Positions 45,965 to 60,455 of a stretch of DNA of 64,000 nt are shown piece by piece. A program made the translations under genes and the position numbers. Under the pieces are notes generated by a model that worked only from the letters and a program-made list of their open reading frames with translations, did no database searches and had not been told where the DNA came from. The DNA is from the human T2T-CHM13v2.0 reference genome, Homo sapiens. The stretch is taken from the NCBI RefSeq assembly GCF_009914755.1, contig NC_060926.1, one strand, 5' to 3'. Position 1 is the stretch's first letter. Each line of letters opens with the position of its first letter.

Positions 45965-46165
45965 TTTAGGGCATACTGTATGCCAGGCACTGTGCCCACT
46001 GCTTTAGATACCTGAAGTCATTGAATTCTCATAGTAAGCCTTGAGAGAGGGGGTCTCTTCCCCACATAGTAGAAGGAGATAAAAGGGCTGAGAGAGAGCA
46101 GGAAACTTCCCTGAGATCACATGGCTACTGGCAGAGTCAGGATTCAAACCCGATCTGATTCCTTA
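45965..46165. mobile_element. MIR relic
   Basis: TGTATGCCAGGCACTGTGC…GATCACATGGCTACTGGCAGAGTCAGGATTCAAACCC. Confidence 0.7.
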
Positions 46166-48365
46166 GCCCTTGGGTGCCCGGAGGCTGCTGGGCAAGGGAG
46201 GAGGTGGAGAGGAGAGAAAGTCACAGGAAAGACCCCTGGGGTGCAGGATGCAAAGCTCATCACTCTGCTGAGGCCGGCTCTGCACACATTCCTTCTCCCT
46301 CCCTCATAAGGACAACCCCGGGAGCTCCTCGGACACTGGCAGTGCATCCTACAAATGAGGACAGGGACAGAGGAGGCTGTTAGAAACACAACAGAATGCC
46401 AGTGGGGAGCTACCCAATGGCTCTGGGTGAATCCAGAAAGATGGCATGAAAATTCTGAACAGTGAATGAACAATACATGTGCCATGCAAAAAATAATAAT
46501 AATTTAAACACATAGCCAAAGCATCCTCCCAAAGTGGCTTAGGTGTCAGCAGGAATAGGCTTGGCTCTGAGTGGCTCAGATCTGACACACAGTGCTGCTT
46601 TCACAGAGCCAGGCCAGAGGTCTGAAGCAAATGTGGGCTCTCCCCCAGCCTCCCGCCCTGTCACACCACGAACATGAACAACACTGTCCTGCTTCAGAGC
46701 TCCAGACACGGCATCCACCCTTCTACCTGCAGATGGAGATGTGAAGAAGTGTCAACATTCACTTTATATATAAGTTTACATATATATATATATATATATT
46801 TATATATAAATTTTTACATATCTAAGGAAAATATTCAAATCATATTCACAATTCAGGTAATTCAACATCATCCAGGTCAAGAGACAGAAACCTGCCCACA
46901 TCTGCAATTCTGCCATGCCTCCTTCCAGTCACTGACCTCCAAGACTAACTCCTATTCCAACTCTAACACACAGATTAGTCCTACTTTCTCTTCCTAGAAC
47001 ATTCTACGAATAGAAACATAGTTTGTCTTTTTGTGTGACTCACTTTTTTGCTCAATTATATCTTTTTGAGATTAATCCATGTGAACGCCTCTTCCAGTTG
47101 TTCTTTGCTTTTCCCTGCCGCAGTAAGACTGCAGTATATGATTCCAGGACAAGGCTTCACCTCACAGTATTTATAATGTAATTCACTTATCCATCCTACT
47201 GTGGGACATTTGGGTTGTTTTTCATCACTGGCTTTTAAAATAATTTTGCATAGTTTTACATGTCTCCAGCTGTGAATGAATTTCTCCCGAATATTCTTAG
47301 AAGTGGAATTGTTCATGTTTTTTGGATAATGCCAAATGGTTTTCCTAAAATGTTATAGCCATGTTTGTTCCTACGCACAGTGAATGAGAGTTGCCGTTGC
47401 TGCACATCATCAGGGATAGTCCGTGTTGTTCATTGTATAAATTTTAGCAATTCTGGTGGATCTGTGCCCATAGATCATTGCGATTTTCATGTTCATTTCT
47501 ACAGTGGCTATAGAGCTTAATCAGCTTTTCATATAGTTAGCAGTCATTTGGATATTCTTTTTTAGGACGTATATGTGTTTTGCCCTTTATTTCTACCGTG
47601 TTGCTTTGCTTTTCCATATTGATCATAAAATTATTCACATATTCTGAATATGAGCCTGTTTTTGGTTATATGGCTTGCAAATATTTCTCCCACTTTGAAG
47701 CTTCCGTATTTACACTCATGTCGATTTTAAGTTTGATTAACATAATTTCTTAAACTTGCTCAATAAGATAAGCTTATGAGTCATTTCCTTCATAGGTACT
47801 TCATTTTTTGTCATGTTTAAAGAATATTTGCCTGCGTTAGATCCAAAAATATATTCTTCTTTATCTTATAGTTTGGTGAGGTCTTTTCACTAAGTCTTTC
47901 ATATTAGTATTTATAAGTCACATAAAATTATTATTTTTTGTTTCTGTGATAGAGGGGATTAACAGCTTCATGTTTTCCATATGGTTATCCTGCTGACCAC
48001 ATTTTAAACATTTTTATTCCAGTGTTATACAGTGTCATCTTGTCATAAACCAAGTGTCTCTATATGTAGATTGATTTCTAGAGTCTATATTCTGTCCTAT
48101 TGAGCTATTTGTCCATTCTTCTACTCTTTCATAATATTGGATTTTTTAAAGGTAAAATGTTGTAATATAAACTCTTCAACATTTATGAATAAATATAACA
48201 AATGATGTGTGAAATTTAAATGTTATTGAAAGCTATGAAAGAACTGAATAGATGGAGAGCTATACCATGTTCAAGGATAGGAGATTTCAACATTATTCAA
48301 CATTATAAAGACCTTGATTATGCTATTATACATGGCCAATACAATTGATACTATCTTAATCCTAA

Positions 48366-48664
<299 letters not shown>

Positions 48665-51600
48665 CCTAACATAATTTTTATATAGAACTGGACAAATTAT
48701 TTCTAAAATTTCTATGGAGGAACCAACTTTAAAAAGAAGCCCTAGAAAATTAAGAAGAAATATCCCTGCCTACCTGGAACACTTGAACGATAAAGGGTAC
48801 ACCAGTTTGGATGATGAATGAACCTTAGACAGCGATTCTGAGTGGATTTGGGTGTGTTAGTCCATTATTCTTTGACAGTCCTCCTCCCTTGGTGGGTGGG
48901 ATCTTTGGCAATCCCTGCTCTTTTCAAACACCATTGATTATTCCTGCCCACACGTATTTGCTGAGCCCTCTTTTTCATGCCCTTTAAATGTAGATGCCCC
49001 TAAGGGGATGTTCTTGTCCTAAATGTGTCTGTAATCTATTTTCCCTCCCTCAATGACATCCAAGGCCACTGTCTTCATATGAGATCCTCTGATCTCATCT
49101 ATTCCCATTCATCGTGCACATATACTAAGCATGCAGCTCAATGTCTTCACATATAAAGATCCTCATAAAACTACCACACTCTTCAAGGTAGAAAACATTT
49201 TCAGAACCAAAAAGGACTTCCTTATATTCCTTCCCAATTAATATTTTGCTTCCAGGGTTAACAACTATTCTGATCTCTTGTGGCATAAACTAGTTTAGTC
49301 TGTCTTTAAAAATCGTAAAAATGGAATCATATAATGTGTACTCTTGTCAGTCTTATTTGGCTCAACATAGTGCCTTTGAAAGTGATCCATTCTGTTGCAG
49401 GTAGCAGTCATTTATTCCTTCCCACTGCTGTGTATTATTCCACTGCAAAAATATACCACAGGTTGTGTATTCCTTGTGTCGTAGATGGACATTTGAGCTG
49501 TTCTGATTTTTGAAAGGACTGTTATAAGCAATATTTTGCATGTATTTTGATGGTCATATGCAACTATTTCTATTGAAAATATGTAAAGAAATCTGTACAA
49601 TAGGTGGGTCACTGAGACATATGCTTCGCTTTAGTAGATAATTTCAAATAGGAAGACTGAATAATTTTTTACATAGAAAATCTCTTAAAAAATCTAAAAA
49701 AAAACTCCTAGAAAAATAAGTAATTTAACAGAATCTCAGGATTGAAAATCAGCATGCAAAATCAATAATATTTATATATACTAGCAATAAACAATTGCAA
49801 TTTGAATATTTTAGAAGTACCAATTACAATAGAATCAAAGAAGTGGAATGCCTCAGAATAAACAAAGGATGTTTAGCTTATGGAAAATTATAAAACAACA
49901 ATAAAAAAATTAAAGAAGGCCTACATAAATGGAGAGATAAACTGTGTTCATGAATTGGAATATTCTACAATATTAAGATATCAATTATTTCAAATTTGAT
50001 CTACAGATTCAGTGCAATCCCAATCAAAGTCCTAGCAGACATTTTTTGTGGGTATTGATGAGCTGATTATAACATTTACATGGAAAGAAGAAGGAACTAG
50101 GATAGTGCTATTAGTTATCTATTGCTACTTAAAAAATTACCTCCAAAACTTTGGGGTTGAACAGAGTGTCAAGAACATAGGAGAAACTTAGCAGCTTTGT
50201 TCTGACTCAAGGTCTTTCTTGATTGGAGTGTCAGCACAGACTGCAGTCATATCAAGGTTCAGCTGTGGGAGAAGCCACTTCTAAACTCACACATTGGCCG
50301 TGGTCGGGCCTCAGAAAATCTACTTCCAAGGTCACTTATGCAGCATATAAGGACTGACCCATGACATTGAAGTTAACTTGTTCCAGAATAAGCAGTGACA
50401 GAGAGAGAGAGAGGGAGAGAGAACCTCAAGACAGAAGCTACAGTCCTTTTAATAGTCCAAAAACAGAAGTAACCATACATAATTTCTGCTGTATTTTATT
50501 CATTTGATTTATTTCTCTCCCCCATAAAGAATGTATTCACTCCATACCAAGATTCTCCAAAATTTTATCTCATTATTACACCAACTCAAAGTCTAAGAGC
50601 TTATTATATATATTAGGTCCAGGTGTGGATGAGGCTCCTCAGGTGTAGTTTCTTAATTACAGCTTCTTGAGTACAGTTTTTCTCAATCTGTAGAACGGTG
50701 AAACCAAAGATACAAGTTATCTGATCCCAACATCCAACATTACAATGGTTGGACAGGCCCAGGATAACATCTATAGGCATTCCTGTTCAGAAAGTGTAGA
50801 TGGTGGGGAGAATGGGAGGCACAGAGGGGCCACTGGACCACAGTAATTTCAAAATTCAGCTAGAAAAAGTTGAACATTCCTTATGTCTCAAGGCCTCAAG
50901 ACATAATTTTGAAAGAGTACTCAAATCAGAAGCCTCAGTCTTTACATAACCAACCTAATCCTGGGAGAGACATACCATCTCCTTTGCCATATTCTACTTA
51001 TTACAGGAAAATAACTAACTCCAGCTCACCTTTGAGGAAAGTGGGCTAAACAACAGTGGGAATACCAGGAGGCAGGGATCTTTGGGGGCTGTATTGGAAG
51101 CTGTCCACATATCACACAAGTCACAAACTGGAAGAAAATATATGTAAATTTGTAAATTATATATTTGACAAAGGACTAACATCATATATATAATACATAT
51201 ATATATAATTTGAAATAAGAAAACAACCAAATAAACAAATGGACAAATAATTTTAACATACATTTACTTAATCAAAGAAGGAATATAGACAGCAAATAAG
51301 CATGTAACAAACTATTAACATTATTAGTAATTAGGAAATACAAATTAAAACCCCAATAAGATACCATAACATGCTAACTAAAGTGGTTAAGATATAAAAG
51401 TCTGATCACAGAGAGCAACTGGAACTCTCATAGACTGCTGATGAGAATGTAAAGTGGTACAGCTTCTTTGGGAAACAGCCCATTTAAAAAGTTATAAATC
51501 TACCATGTGACCCAGCCAATCCATTCCTGGATATTTACCCAAGAGAAATGAAAGCGTATGTCCATATGAAGACTTGTACATGAATGGTCATAGCGTTCGT

Positions 51601-51894
51601 CATTGTAATAGCCCCAAACTGGCAGCAACCAAAGCCCTGGAAACCTGCATTCGTTTGCCAGGGCTGCCATAATAACAAAGTAGGTGCAGGGACTGGGTGG
51701 CTTACACAACACACTTTTATTTTCTCGCAGTTCTGGAGGCTAGACGTCTAAGATCAAGGGGTCAGTGGAGTTGGTTTCTTCTGACGCTTCTCTCCTCGGC
51801 TTGCAGATGGCTACCCCCCAGTTTGTGTGTTGTTTGTGTCCTAATCACCTCTTCATATAAAAACATCAGCCCATCCATATAACCTCATTTTACC

Positions 51895-52230
<336 letters not shown>

Positions 52231-53825
52231 TAGCTCCAAATACAGTCCTCTCTGAGGTACTGGGGATTAAGACTTCGAAATAATAAATTTGGAGGGAAGA
52301 CAATTCAGTCCATAACACTGTACTCTTGCCACTCTGAAACTGATGTCCTTCTTATATTCAAAATGTATGAACCCCATCCAAATAGTCTCAAAAGCTTAAC
52401 CAATTCTAACATCAACTCTTAAGTCCAAAAGTTTACGTAAATATAATCTATGCCAGGTATAGGTAAGAATCAAAGTATGATTTACTATGAAGCAAAATTC
52501 CTCTCCTGCTATAAAACCAGACACATTATCTGCTTCCAAAATACCGTGGTTGGATAAGCATAGGACAAACATCCCCATTCCAAAAGGGACAAAGCAGAAA
52601 GGAGAAAGAAGTGACAGGTCTCAACCAAGTCTGAAGCCTAGCCAAAGAAAAAAAAAATCATTAGACTTTTAAGACTCAAGAATAATTCTCTTTGACTCCA
52701 TTCCCTGACCTCTGGGCCCACTGCGTCTGGCATATTTTGCTGAGAGCATGTTTCTGGGACTCATCCATGTTGATATTTGCATCAGTAGTTAACTTTTTTA
52801 TTGCTGTGTACTATTCCATTGGATGGATATACTATACTTTTTTTTATACATTCTATTTGCTGATGGACATTTGAACATCAGTTTTTTTTCAGTTTCTGTA
52901 TATTATGGATAAAGTTGCTATGAACATTGTGTACAAGATTTTTTGTGACATATGTTTTTATTTCTCTTAAATAAATGTCACGAAGTGAAATTGTTAGGTC
53001 ATACTGAAAGTGTATGTTTGACTTTATAAGAACCTAGTCAATGCTTTTCCAAAGTGGCTGTACAATATACACTTCCACCAGTAGTGTGTCAGTTACAACA
53101 GCTTCATGTACTCCTCAGCATTTAGGATTGTCGGACTTTTAAAATTTTAGCTAGCCTAGTGGGTGTATAATAGTAGGTGTCACATTGCAGTGTTACTTTT
53201 GTATTTCTGTGATGAGTTTTGATGTGGCGTGTCTTGTTATGTGTTGATAGGTCATCGGTACATCTTCTTTGGTACAGTGTCTATTCAATGTTTGACCAAT
53301 TTGAAGGGGAGATGTTTGTCTTCTTACAGAGTTTTGAGAGTTCTTTATATGGTCACATATATGTATTAAAATATATTCTCCTAATCTGTGGTTTGCCTTT
53401 CCATTTTATTAAGTGCTTTTTGAAGAGAAGTTTTTAATTTTGATGGAATCTAGTTTGTTTTTCTCCCTTTCTTTTCGATGTTCACATTGTTGGTTCCTGA
53501 AGTCTTTGCTTTCTGCAAGGCTATGAAGATTTGCTCCTACGATTTTTTTTCTAGAAGTTATGTAGCTTTACATCTTGATCCATTTCAAATTAACATGTAT
53601 GTACAGTGTAAGGTCAGCACTGGATCATTTTATATTTCCACATGGATATCTAGTTCTTCCAATACCATTTGTTGAAGATTCTCCCTATTGAATTTCCTTA
53701 GCCCCTTTGTCACAATTCATCTGACCAAGCATGTGTGGGTTTATTTCTGGACTCTACATTCTGTTTCGGTGTCCAGTGTGGAACTACGATGAATAAAGCT
53801 GCTGGGCATTACTGGACACATCTCT

Positions 53826-53830
<5 letters not shown>

Positions 53831-53872
<42 letters not shown>
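53831..53872. repeat. (TG)n microsatellite
   Basis: ~21 TG units. Confidence 0.97.
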
Positions 53873-53873
<1 letters not shown>

Positions 53874-55156
53874 ACGCACGCACATATGCATCCATTTTTC
53901 TTAGGCAGGTACCTAAAAGTGGAAGCTGGGGAGAGGTGTTCCATAGGATAGATACAGGTTTCACTGGGGAGGGGTGTTCCATAGGTTAGATACAGGTTTC
54001 ACTTAGGAAACTGCCAAACTTTTCCCCAGTGTGGTCAGATCCTTTTACACCCCCACCCACAGCCACCGTTCCAGGAGAGGCTCCACATCCCTGATGACTT
54101 TCAGTGCTGTATTCTTCATCTTAGACTTTCGCTGCAGACAGAAATGTGAAGTGATGCCTCACCGTGGTTTTGATTTGCATTTCTCTGATGAGTGAGGGTG
54201 TTGCCATCCTTTGAAGGTGCTTACTGATCATTTGCATACATTCATTTCTGAATGAGTTATCAATCAAATGCATTTTGCCCACTTTTTCATTAGCCTGTGC
54301 ATGCTTTTATTGTTGATTTATGGGAATTCCTGTTACAGGCAACGTGTTCTGGACAAAGTGAGTCCCCTGTCAGACTCCTGTACTGTGCAGATCCCACCAC
54401 AGTCTGTTCCTTCACTCCAGTATTTTTTGCTGAGCAGATATTTTTAATTTTTTGAGGTAGGTGTTGTCATAATCCTCATTTATGCAAATGGAAAACCCAG
54501 GCAAAAAAGTGTGATAACTTGCTCCAGGTCACACCTCGAGAGGGTAGACCTGGGAGCTGAGCCTGCGCTTCCTGCACGGGGCCCACACTGCACTGCTGCT
54601 CTCAGCCTCAACCCGTCCTTCCTCACACGGCCAGACCAGGCTGCACGAGTCACTGTGCCAGAGGGAGCTTCGGTTTGTTTATCAGCAAAGCCAGCGCGCC
54701 ACGTCCATCTTGGGAACTTTCGGAAGATGAAATGATAGAATATGAATGCTGGGCTCAATGCTGGCTTTCAATGAATGGATCTTTTGAGATTGTTATGATC
54801 ACTGGCAAGATGCTAAATAAATAAAAAACATAACTAACTGTTCTAAATGTTATTTTCATGGCAGGGTTGGTGGTTTTCCTGCCTCAGCAAGAGGGCTAGC
54901 AGGTGCTTTCAACATTTCCTTAGCTATACTGGATGCAGTTGGGGACATGGAGGTGAGCCTGCCAAGTGACAGGATAAATGGAATCTCAGCAAAATAAATT
55001 TTAAAGTTAAAATGGCCAAAGGGGGGGAGAAAACACAAACACCACCACACCACCCGAGGACTGCTGGCTGGAACAAATCATCCAGGCCTCCTGCCCTGCA
55101 GGAAGCTTCAATCTGCAGATCCACAAGAGACCTCCAAATTGTATAAATTCATTTCT

Positions 55157-56612
55157 TTCTTTTTTTTATGTGACCTGAATGACTAAAGGTAGTTTGTTTT
55201 ATTTTATTTTATTTTTAATTATTATGCTTTAAGTTCTAGGGTACATGAGCACAACATGCAGGTTTGTTACATACGTATACATGTGCCATGTTGGTGTGCT
55301 GCACCTGTTAATTCGTCATTTACATTAGGTATATCTCCTAATGCTATCCCTCCCCTCTCCCCCCACCCCATGACAGGCCCTGGTGTGTGATGTTCCCTGC
55401 CCTGTGTCCAAGTGTTCTCATGGTTCAATTCCCACCTATGAGTGAGAACATGCGGTGTTTGGTTTTCTGTCCTTGAGAAAGTTTGCTGAGAATGATGTTT
55501 TCCAGCTTCATCCATGTCCCTACAAAGGACATGAATTCATCCTTTTTTATGGCTGCATAGTATTCCATGGTGTATATGTGCCACATTTTCTTAATCCAGT
55601 CTATCATTGATGGACATTTGGGTTGGTTCCAAGTCTTTGTTATTGTGAATAGTGCCGCAATAAACATACGTGTGCATGTGTCTTTATAGCAGCATGATTT
55701 ACAATCTTTTGGGTATTTACCCAGTAATGGGATGGCTGGGTCAAATGGTATTTCTAGCTCTAGATCCTTGAGGAATCGCCACACTGTCTTCCACAATGGT
55801 TGAACTAGTTTACAGTCCCAGCAACAGTGAAAAAGTGTTCCTATTTCTCCACATCCTCTCCAGCACCTGTTGCTTCCTGACTTTTTAATGATTGCCATTC
55901 TAACTGGTGTGAGATGGTATCTCATTGTGGTTTGGATTTGCATTTCCCTGAGGCCAGTGATAATGAGCATTTTTTTCATATATCTCTTGGCTGCATAAAT
56001 GTCTTGAGAAGTGTCTGTTCATATCCTTCTACAGTAACCAAAACAGCATGATACTGGTACCAAAACAGAGATATAAACCAATGGAACAGAACAGAGACCT
56101 CAGAAATAATACCACACATCTACAACCATCTAATCTTTGACAAACCTGACAAAAACAAGAAATGGGGAAAGGATTCCCTATTTAATAAGTGTGCTGGGAA
56201 AACTGGCTAGCCATATGTAGAAAGCTGAAACTGGATCCCTTCCCTACACCTTATACAAAAATTAACTCAAGATGGATTAAAGACTTACATGTTAGACCTA
56301 AAACCATAAAAACCCTAGAAGAAAACCTAGGCATTACCATTCAGGACATAGGCATGGGCAAGGACTTCATGTCTAAACCACCAAAAGCAATGGCAACAGA
56401 AACCAAAATTGACAAATGGGATCTAATTAAACTAAAGAGCTTCTGCACAGCAAAAGAAACTACCATCAGAGTGAACAGGCAACTTACAGAATGGGAGAAA
56501 ATTTTTGCAATCTACCCATCTGACAAAGGGCTAATATCCAGAATCTACAAAGAACTTAAACATATTTACAAGAAAACATCAAACAACCCCATCAAAAAGT
56601 GGGCGAAGGATA
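55157..56612 (-). mobile_element. L1PA insertion with 5' inversion and short 3' transduction
   Basis: Antisense 3' part ~55193-56028, sense ORF2 part 56029-56612; 17-bp TSD TGTATAAATTCATTTCT at 55140-55156 and 56613-56629. Confidence 0.95.
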
Positions 56613-57518
56613 TGTATAAATTCATTTCTGTATTGCCATGATGTACGTAATTCTCAGTTGAGCAGAAATCACGGATGTCCGGGGCAGATTCCAGCTGAGA
56701 CCCGCCTGTTTCCAGTCCAGAAGGTGCACTCATTCTCTAGGCAAACAGCCCCTCTGCAGGCGCCACCAGGGCCCTGACACCAGCAAGGTTTCCTCCAGTT
56801 CAGAGGACTGAGCCCTGCAGTCGGCCCCTCTTTTCAGCCCTGTGCTGATGAACAGCCCTGGACCCTGAAGGCCAGGCTTTCCTTCTCTGCTTCAGCTGCA
56901 AACAGGGAATCTAAGGAAATAGAGAGGGACCCCCGCTGGGGGCAGCCTCTGGGTCTGGGGAGAAAAGCCATCTGAACGCCACCTTCTGCCCAGCCCCTCG
57001 CTGATGCTCAGGCCCCCTGCCCACCCCAAATGGCCCCTCCCCTCCCTCGGGACTGTGCGTCCTCTCCCAAGGTTCTCCATCCACACTCCCCCAGGCCCCT
57101 CCAGAGTGGGGTCCGGGGCCTGCACCCACCCCCGGAACAGCTGCCCTGCCCTCGTGCTTTACAGTGGGTTCTCACAGCGGCCTTAGTGTTCATCCTTCCC
57201 CACAGGGCTGTAAGCACAGTCTTTCATGAAACATTCACATACACACACATACCTGTATGATCATATGCAGGGGTGTGATCATGGCCCGTGGGCCTAGGTG
57301 AGCCGCACAGTGCAAGCGTGTGGCGTTTTATACAGATTGATGCACGCGCCACATTTACACTCATCTAAAAAGTGTACACCTATGCACACACACAAAATGT
57401 CGATGTATACGTAAATCATTATGAATATGTGAGGTAACACCTACCTCTCTGCATCCCACATTTCCCAGCCACATGGCTTTGTGGAATCCCCTCCACACCA
57501 GCGGTTGAAACTCCAGCC

Positions 57519-58025
57519 CCTCTGCCCAGTGGGTGCAGGACCCCCGTGGTAGGGACACTCTGCCCGGTGGGTGCAGGACCCCCGTGGTAGGGACACTCCA
57601 CCCAGTGGTGCAGGACCCTATAGTAGGGACATTCTCCCCAGTAGGTGCGGGACCCCATGTTAGGGATGTTCTGTCCAGTGGGTGTGGGACCCCATGATAG
57701 GGACGCTCTGCCTGGTAGATGCAGGACCCCACAGTAGGGACGCTCTGCCTGGTGGGTGCAGGACCCCATGATAGGGACGCTCTGCCTGGTGGGTGCAGGA
57801 CCCCACAGTAGGGATGCTCTGCCTGGTGGGTGCAGGACCCCACAGTAGGGACACTCTGCCTGGTGGATGCAGGACCCCACAGTAGGGATGCTCTGCCTGG
57901 TGGGTGCGGGACTCCATGATAGGGACGCTCTGCCTGGTGGGTGCAGGACCCCACGGTAGGGATGCTCTGCCTGGTGGGTGCGGGACACCACGGTAAGGAC
58001 GTGCAGGACCCCATGGTAGGGACAC
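57519..58025. repeat. Minisatellite/VNTR, 37-bp unit, ~13 copies
   Basis: GGGACGCTCTGCCTGGTGGGTGCAGGACCCCACAGTA at 57700, 57737…. Confidence 0.95.
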
Positions 58026-58374
58026 ACCATAATTTCCTCTTTCAAGAATGAGCATTCATTTTGTTTCCATGTTTTTTGTCGTATGGAAAACATGCTGCAA
58101 ACCCCACTTTCTTGTGTATCTTCAGTGTCATCGCCGTTACCATATTGCCATCAAGGAGCTGGTGGCAGAGCACACAGGTTGGGGGAAGAATGTTTGTCAG
58201 GTCCGCTGGGTCTGTAGCAGTGTTTAAGTCGGCTTTTTCCTCATTGACTTTCTCTGGATGGTCTGCCCGTGACTGTACCGTTCTGGAGTCTCCTACATTT
58301 TCGTATAGGAGTTCTGGAGTCTCCTATATTTTCGTATTCTAATTCTCCCTCTGGATCTGTCCATGTTTGCTTTA

Positions 58375-59181
58375 CAGTCATGTACCACATAATGCCATTT
58401 TGGGCAAAAATAAGACGGCATATGCACCAGTGGCTTCATCAGATTATAACAGCACATTTTAACCATTCCTTTTCTAGGCTTAGATATGTTTAGATACTGT
58501 TGATGGAAGAAAAGAAGTCAAGCTTTGAAGGCATTTAAACCAGTGTTATTCAGAAGTCTTTCTGAGGACTCCAGACCGAGTCCTCCAGGCTGGGAGCAGC
58601 CCCTTGGCAAGGTCCTGTCCAACTGCCCCGCACAGGGTGTCAGTGCACTGCGGAGATGCAGGTGGTGGGGTTCAGGACACAGTCACGTTGAACCTGCTCA
58701 GAAGTTCCCTGAGAGCAGAATCGCATCGGCGTTTGTGCAGGACATCAGGTGGTAGATCGCACAGGCACAATCACTAACTCACAGGCATTACCTTGTGCAG
58801 GAAAGACATGGAACGCAGTGACTCGGGAGGGAGATGTGGGCGTGGCGTGTGCTCTGCCGTTTTGTCTTCAAAGCATCTTTGGAGCACTGCACACAGGGAC
58901 TTTGCGAAATGATGCTGGCAAGCAGAAATGAGCAAACAGGGCTCCTTAGGTTTGACACTTTGTCTCACAACACACAAATGCTCAGCATTGTGTTCCGGTT
59001 GTCTCCAGGATTCAGTAGTCACGAGCTGTGCAGGTGTGTGGCCTAGGAGCAACAGGCTGGGTGTGTGGCCAGCTAAGCCATCTAGGTTTGTGTCAGTCAC
59101 TCCGTGATATTGGAAGAATGACAGAATCACCTAATGAGGCATTTCTCAGAAGGGAACACCGTCACTAAGCGACACAGGACT
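58375..59181. mobile_element. Tigger3a/MER7-like DNA transposon split by an LTR-like insert
   Basis: CAGTCATGTACCACATAATG…TTTAGATAC | insert | CACAAATG…GCCTAGGAGCAACAGGC…CACTAAGCGACACAGGACT. Confidence 0.8.
58498..58972. mobile_element. LTR-like insert (probably an ERV1 solo LTR)
   Basis: ~475 bp with TGTTG…CAACA inverted termini interrupting the Tigger element. Confidence 0.65.
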
Positions 59182-59336
59182 CTGGGTAGGTGTTCTGACG
59201 TTGGGGCGTATAGACATGGGCACACGCCACATTGACACTCATCTAAAAAGCATGTGTCTCTGCACACACAGGAACACAATGGCTATTTGACATGTATATA
59301 AATAGATAACGTCGGAAACACACACCTCTCTGCATC

Positions 59337-59714
59337 CTACCTCACATCTATGCATGGCTGTGTGGTCTTCTTCCCTTCTTCTCCACCAGCAACGGATGGT
59401 GTTTCATCACTCTTAAAACATTTACCCCTCCAGTGAGTAGAAACTGATATTGTGCTGTCTTCGCTGACCTCTCGCCTGCTTCTTGTGGTTCTGAGCACCT
59501 CTAGATAACTTCCCAGCCACTTGGATTGGTTCTTCCGTAAACTGTTTCTTAAGCGTCCTGTGCCCATTTTCCCCTCACTTGTTGCTTTGTTGGTGCCACA
59601 CAGCGGATGTTCTCTGCATCTGGTAAACATTAGCGCCTCCGCCCCCTGCCCATGGCCTGTGCTCCCAAACGCTCTGTCCAAAGCTGCCACTTCTCTCCCG
59701 TTCAGTTCACATCT
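59337..59714 (-). CDS. COPS9: Probable terminal coding exon of the long COPS9/MYEOV2 isoform (RCELNGREVAA…TTQPCIDVR*)
   Basis: Acceptor CTTCCTTGTCTCTCCCCAG|AGA, 378 nt open to TAG, phase 0 matching the donor at 62685; peptide recalled from MYEOV2, not verified. Confidence 0.6.
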   Translation of the reverse strand, partial: RCELNGREVAALDRAFGSTGHGQGAEALMFTRCREHPLCGTNKATSEGKMGTGRLRNSLRKNQSKWLGSYLEVLRTTRSRREVSEDSTISVSTHWRGKCFKSDETPSVAGGEEGKKTTQPCIDVR

Positions 59715-60269
59715 CTGGGGAGAGACAAGGAAGCTCGTGACACTAGAACGAGGTCTGGTAGGTTTGCCTCTGGAATTCCGAGTGACCTGGGACAAGTCAT
59801 TCTGTCCAGTGAGAAGACAAGTATTTCTACAAGGTACAGGAACTTAGGACAGAGAGGGGAAGGCTAAGTACAAGGACACAGGGTTCCTGGGACCCACAGG
59901 CTTGCTAGTAATAATTAACGGCGAATACCCAGGCAGCGCTTGGACTACTGTGCAGGGCACTGCCAGAGCATTTCCGAGCATTTCCCACAGGAGCTCGCTG
60001 ACCCCCACCCCCACCCCTACCAGGAAGCCCCACAAGGCATCATTATGACCCCACCTTACAGCTCAGGCACAGGGAAATTCCAAACCACCCAGAGGCAGTT
60101 AGGCTTAGGTCCAGTCCCAGGGCCCCTGTTAACCAGTCTCTCTCTCTCTCTCTCAAACACACACTTCCTGACCAGGTAGTGCATCCCAGATGTGTTCAAG
60201 CTCCTGCCTTTGGGTGGCGTGGCACTGCCCACATCGGGCCATGTCTGCTCACCCTCCAATTGCAAGGTG

Positions 60270-60455
60270 CTACTGTTCAGAAATTTGTGTCCCCTCAAAA
60301 TTCACATCGAATCCTCACCCCCAACCCCCAGGTGATGGTGTTAGGAGGTGGGACCTCTGGAGGGTGATTAGGTCATGGTGGCAGAGCCCTCATGAGTGGG
60401 ATCAGCGTCCGTACAGGAGAGATCTGAGAGAGACCCCATGCCTCTTCCACAGCAA
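60270..60455 (+). mobile_element. MaLR LTR fragment (MST/MLT1A-like)
   Basis: AATTTGTGTCCCCTCAAAATTCACAT…GTGATGGTGTTAGGAGGTGGG…GAGCCCTCATGAGTGGGAT. Confidence 0.7.

Noticed and set aside
57361-58093. 217- and 224-aa minus-strand ORFs
   Set aside because: Translations of the 37-bp VNTR
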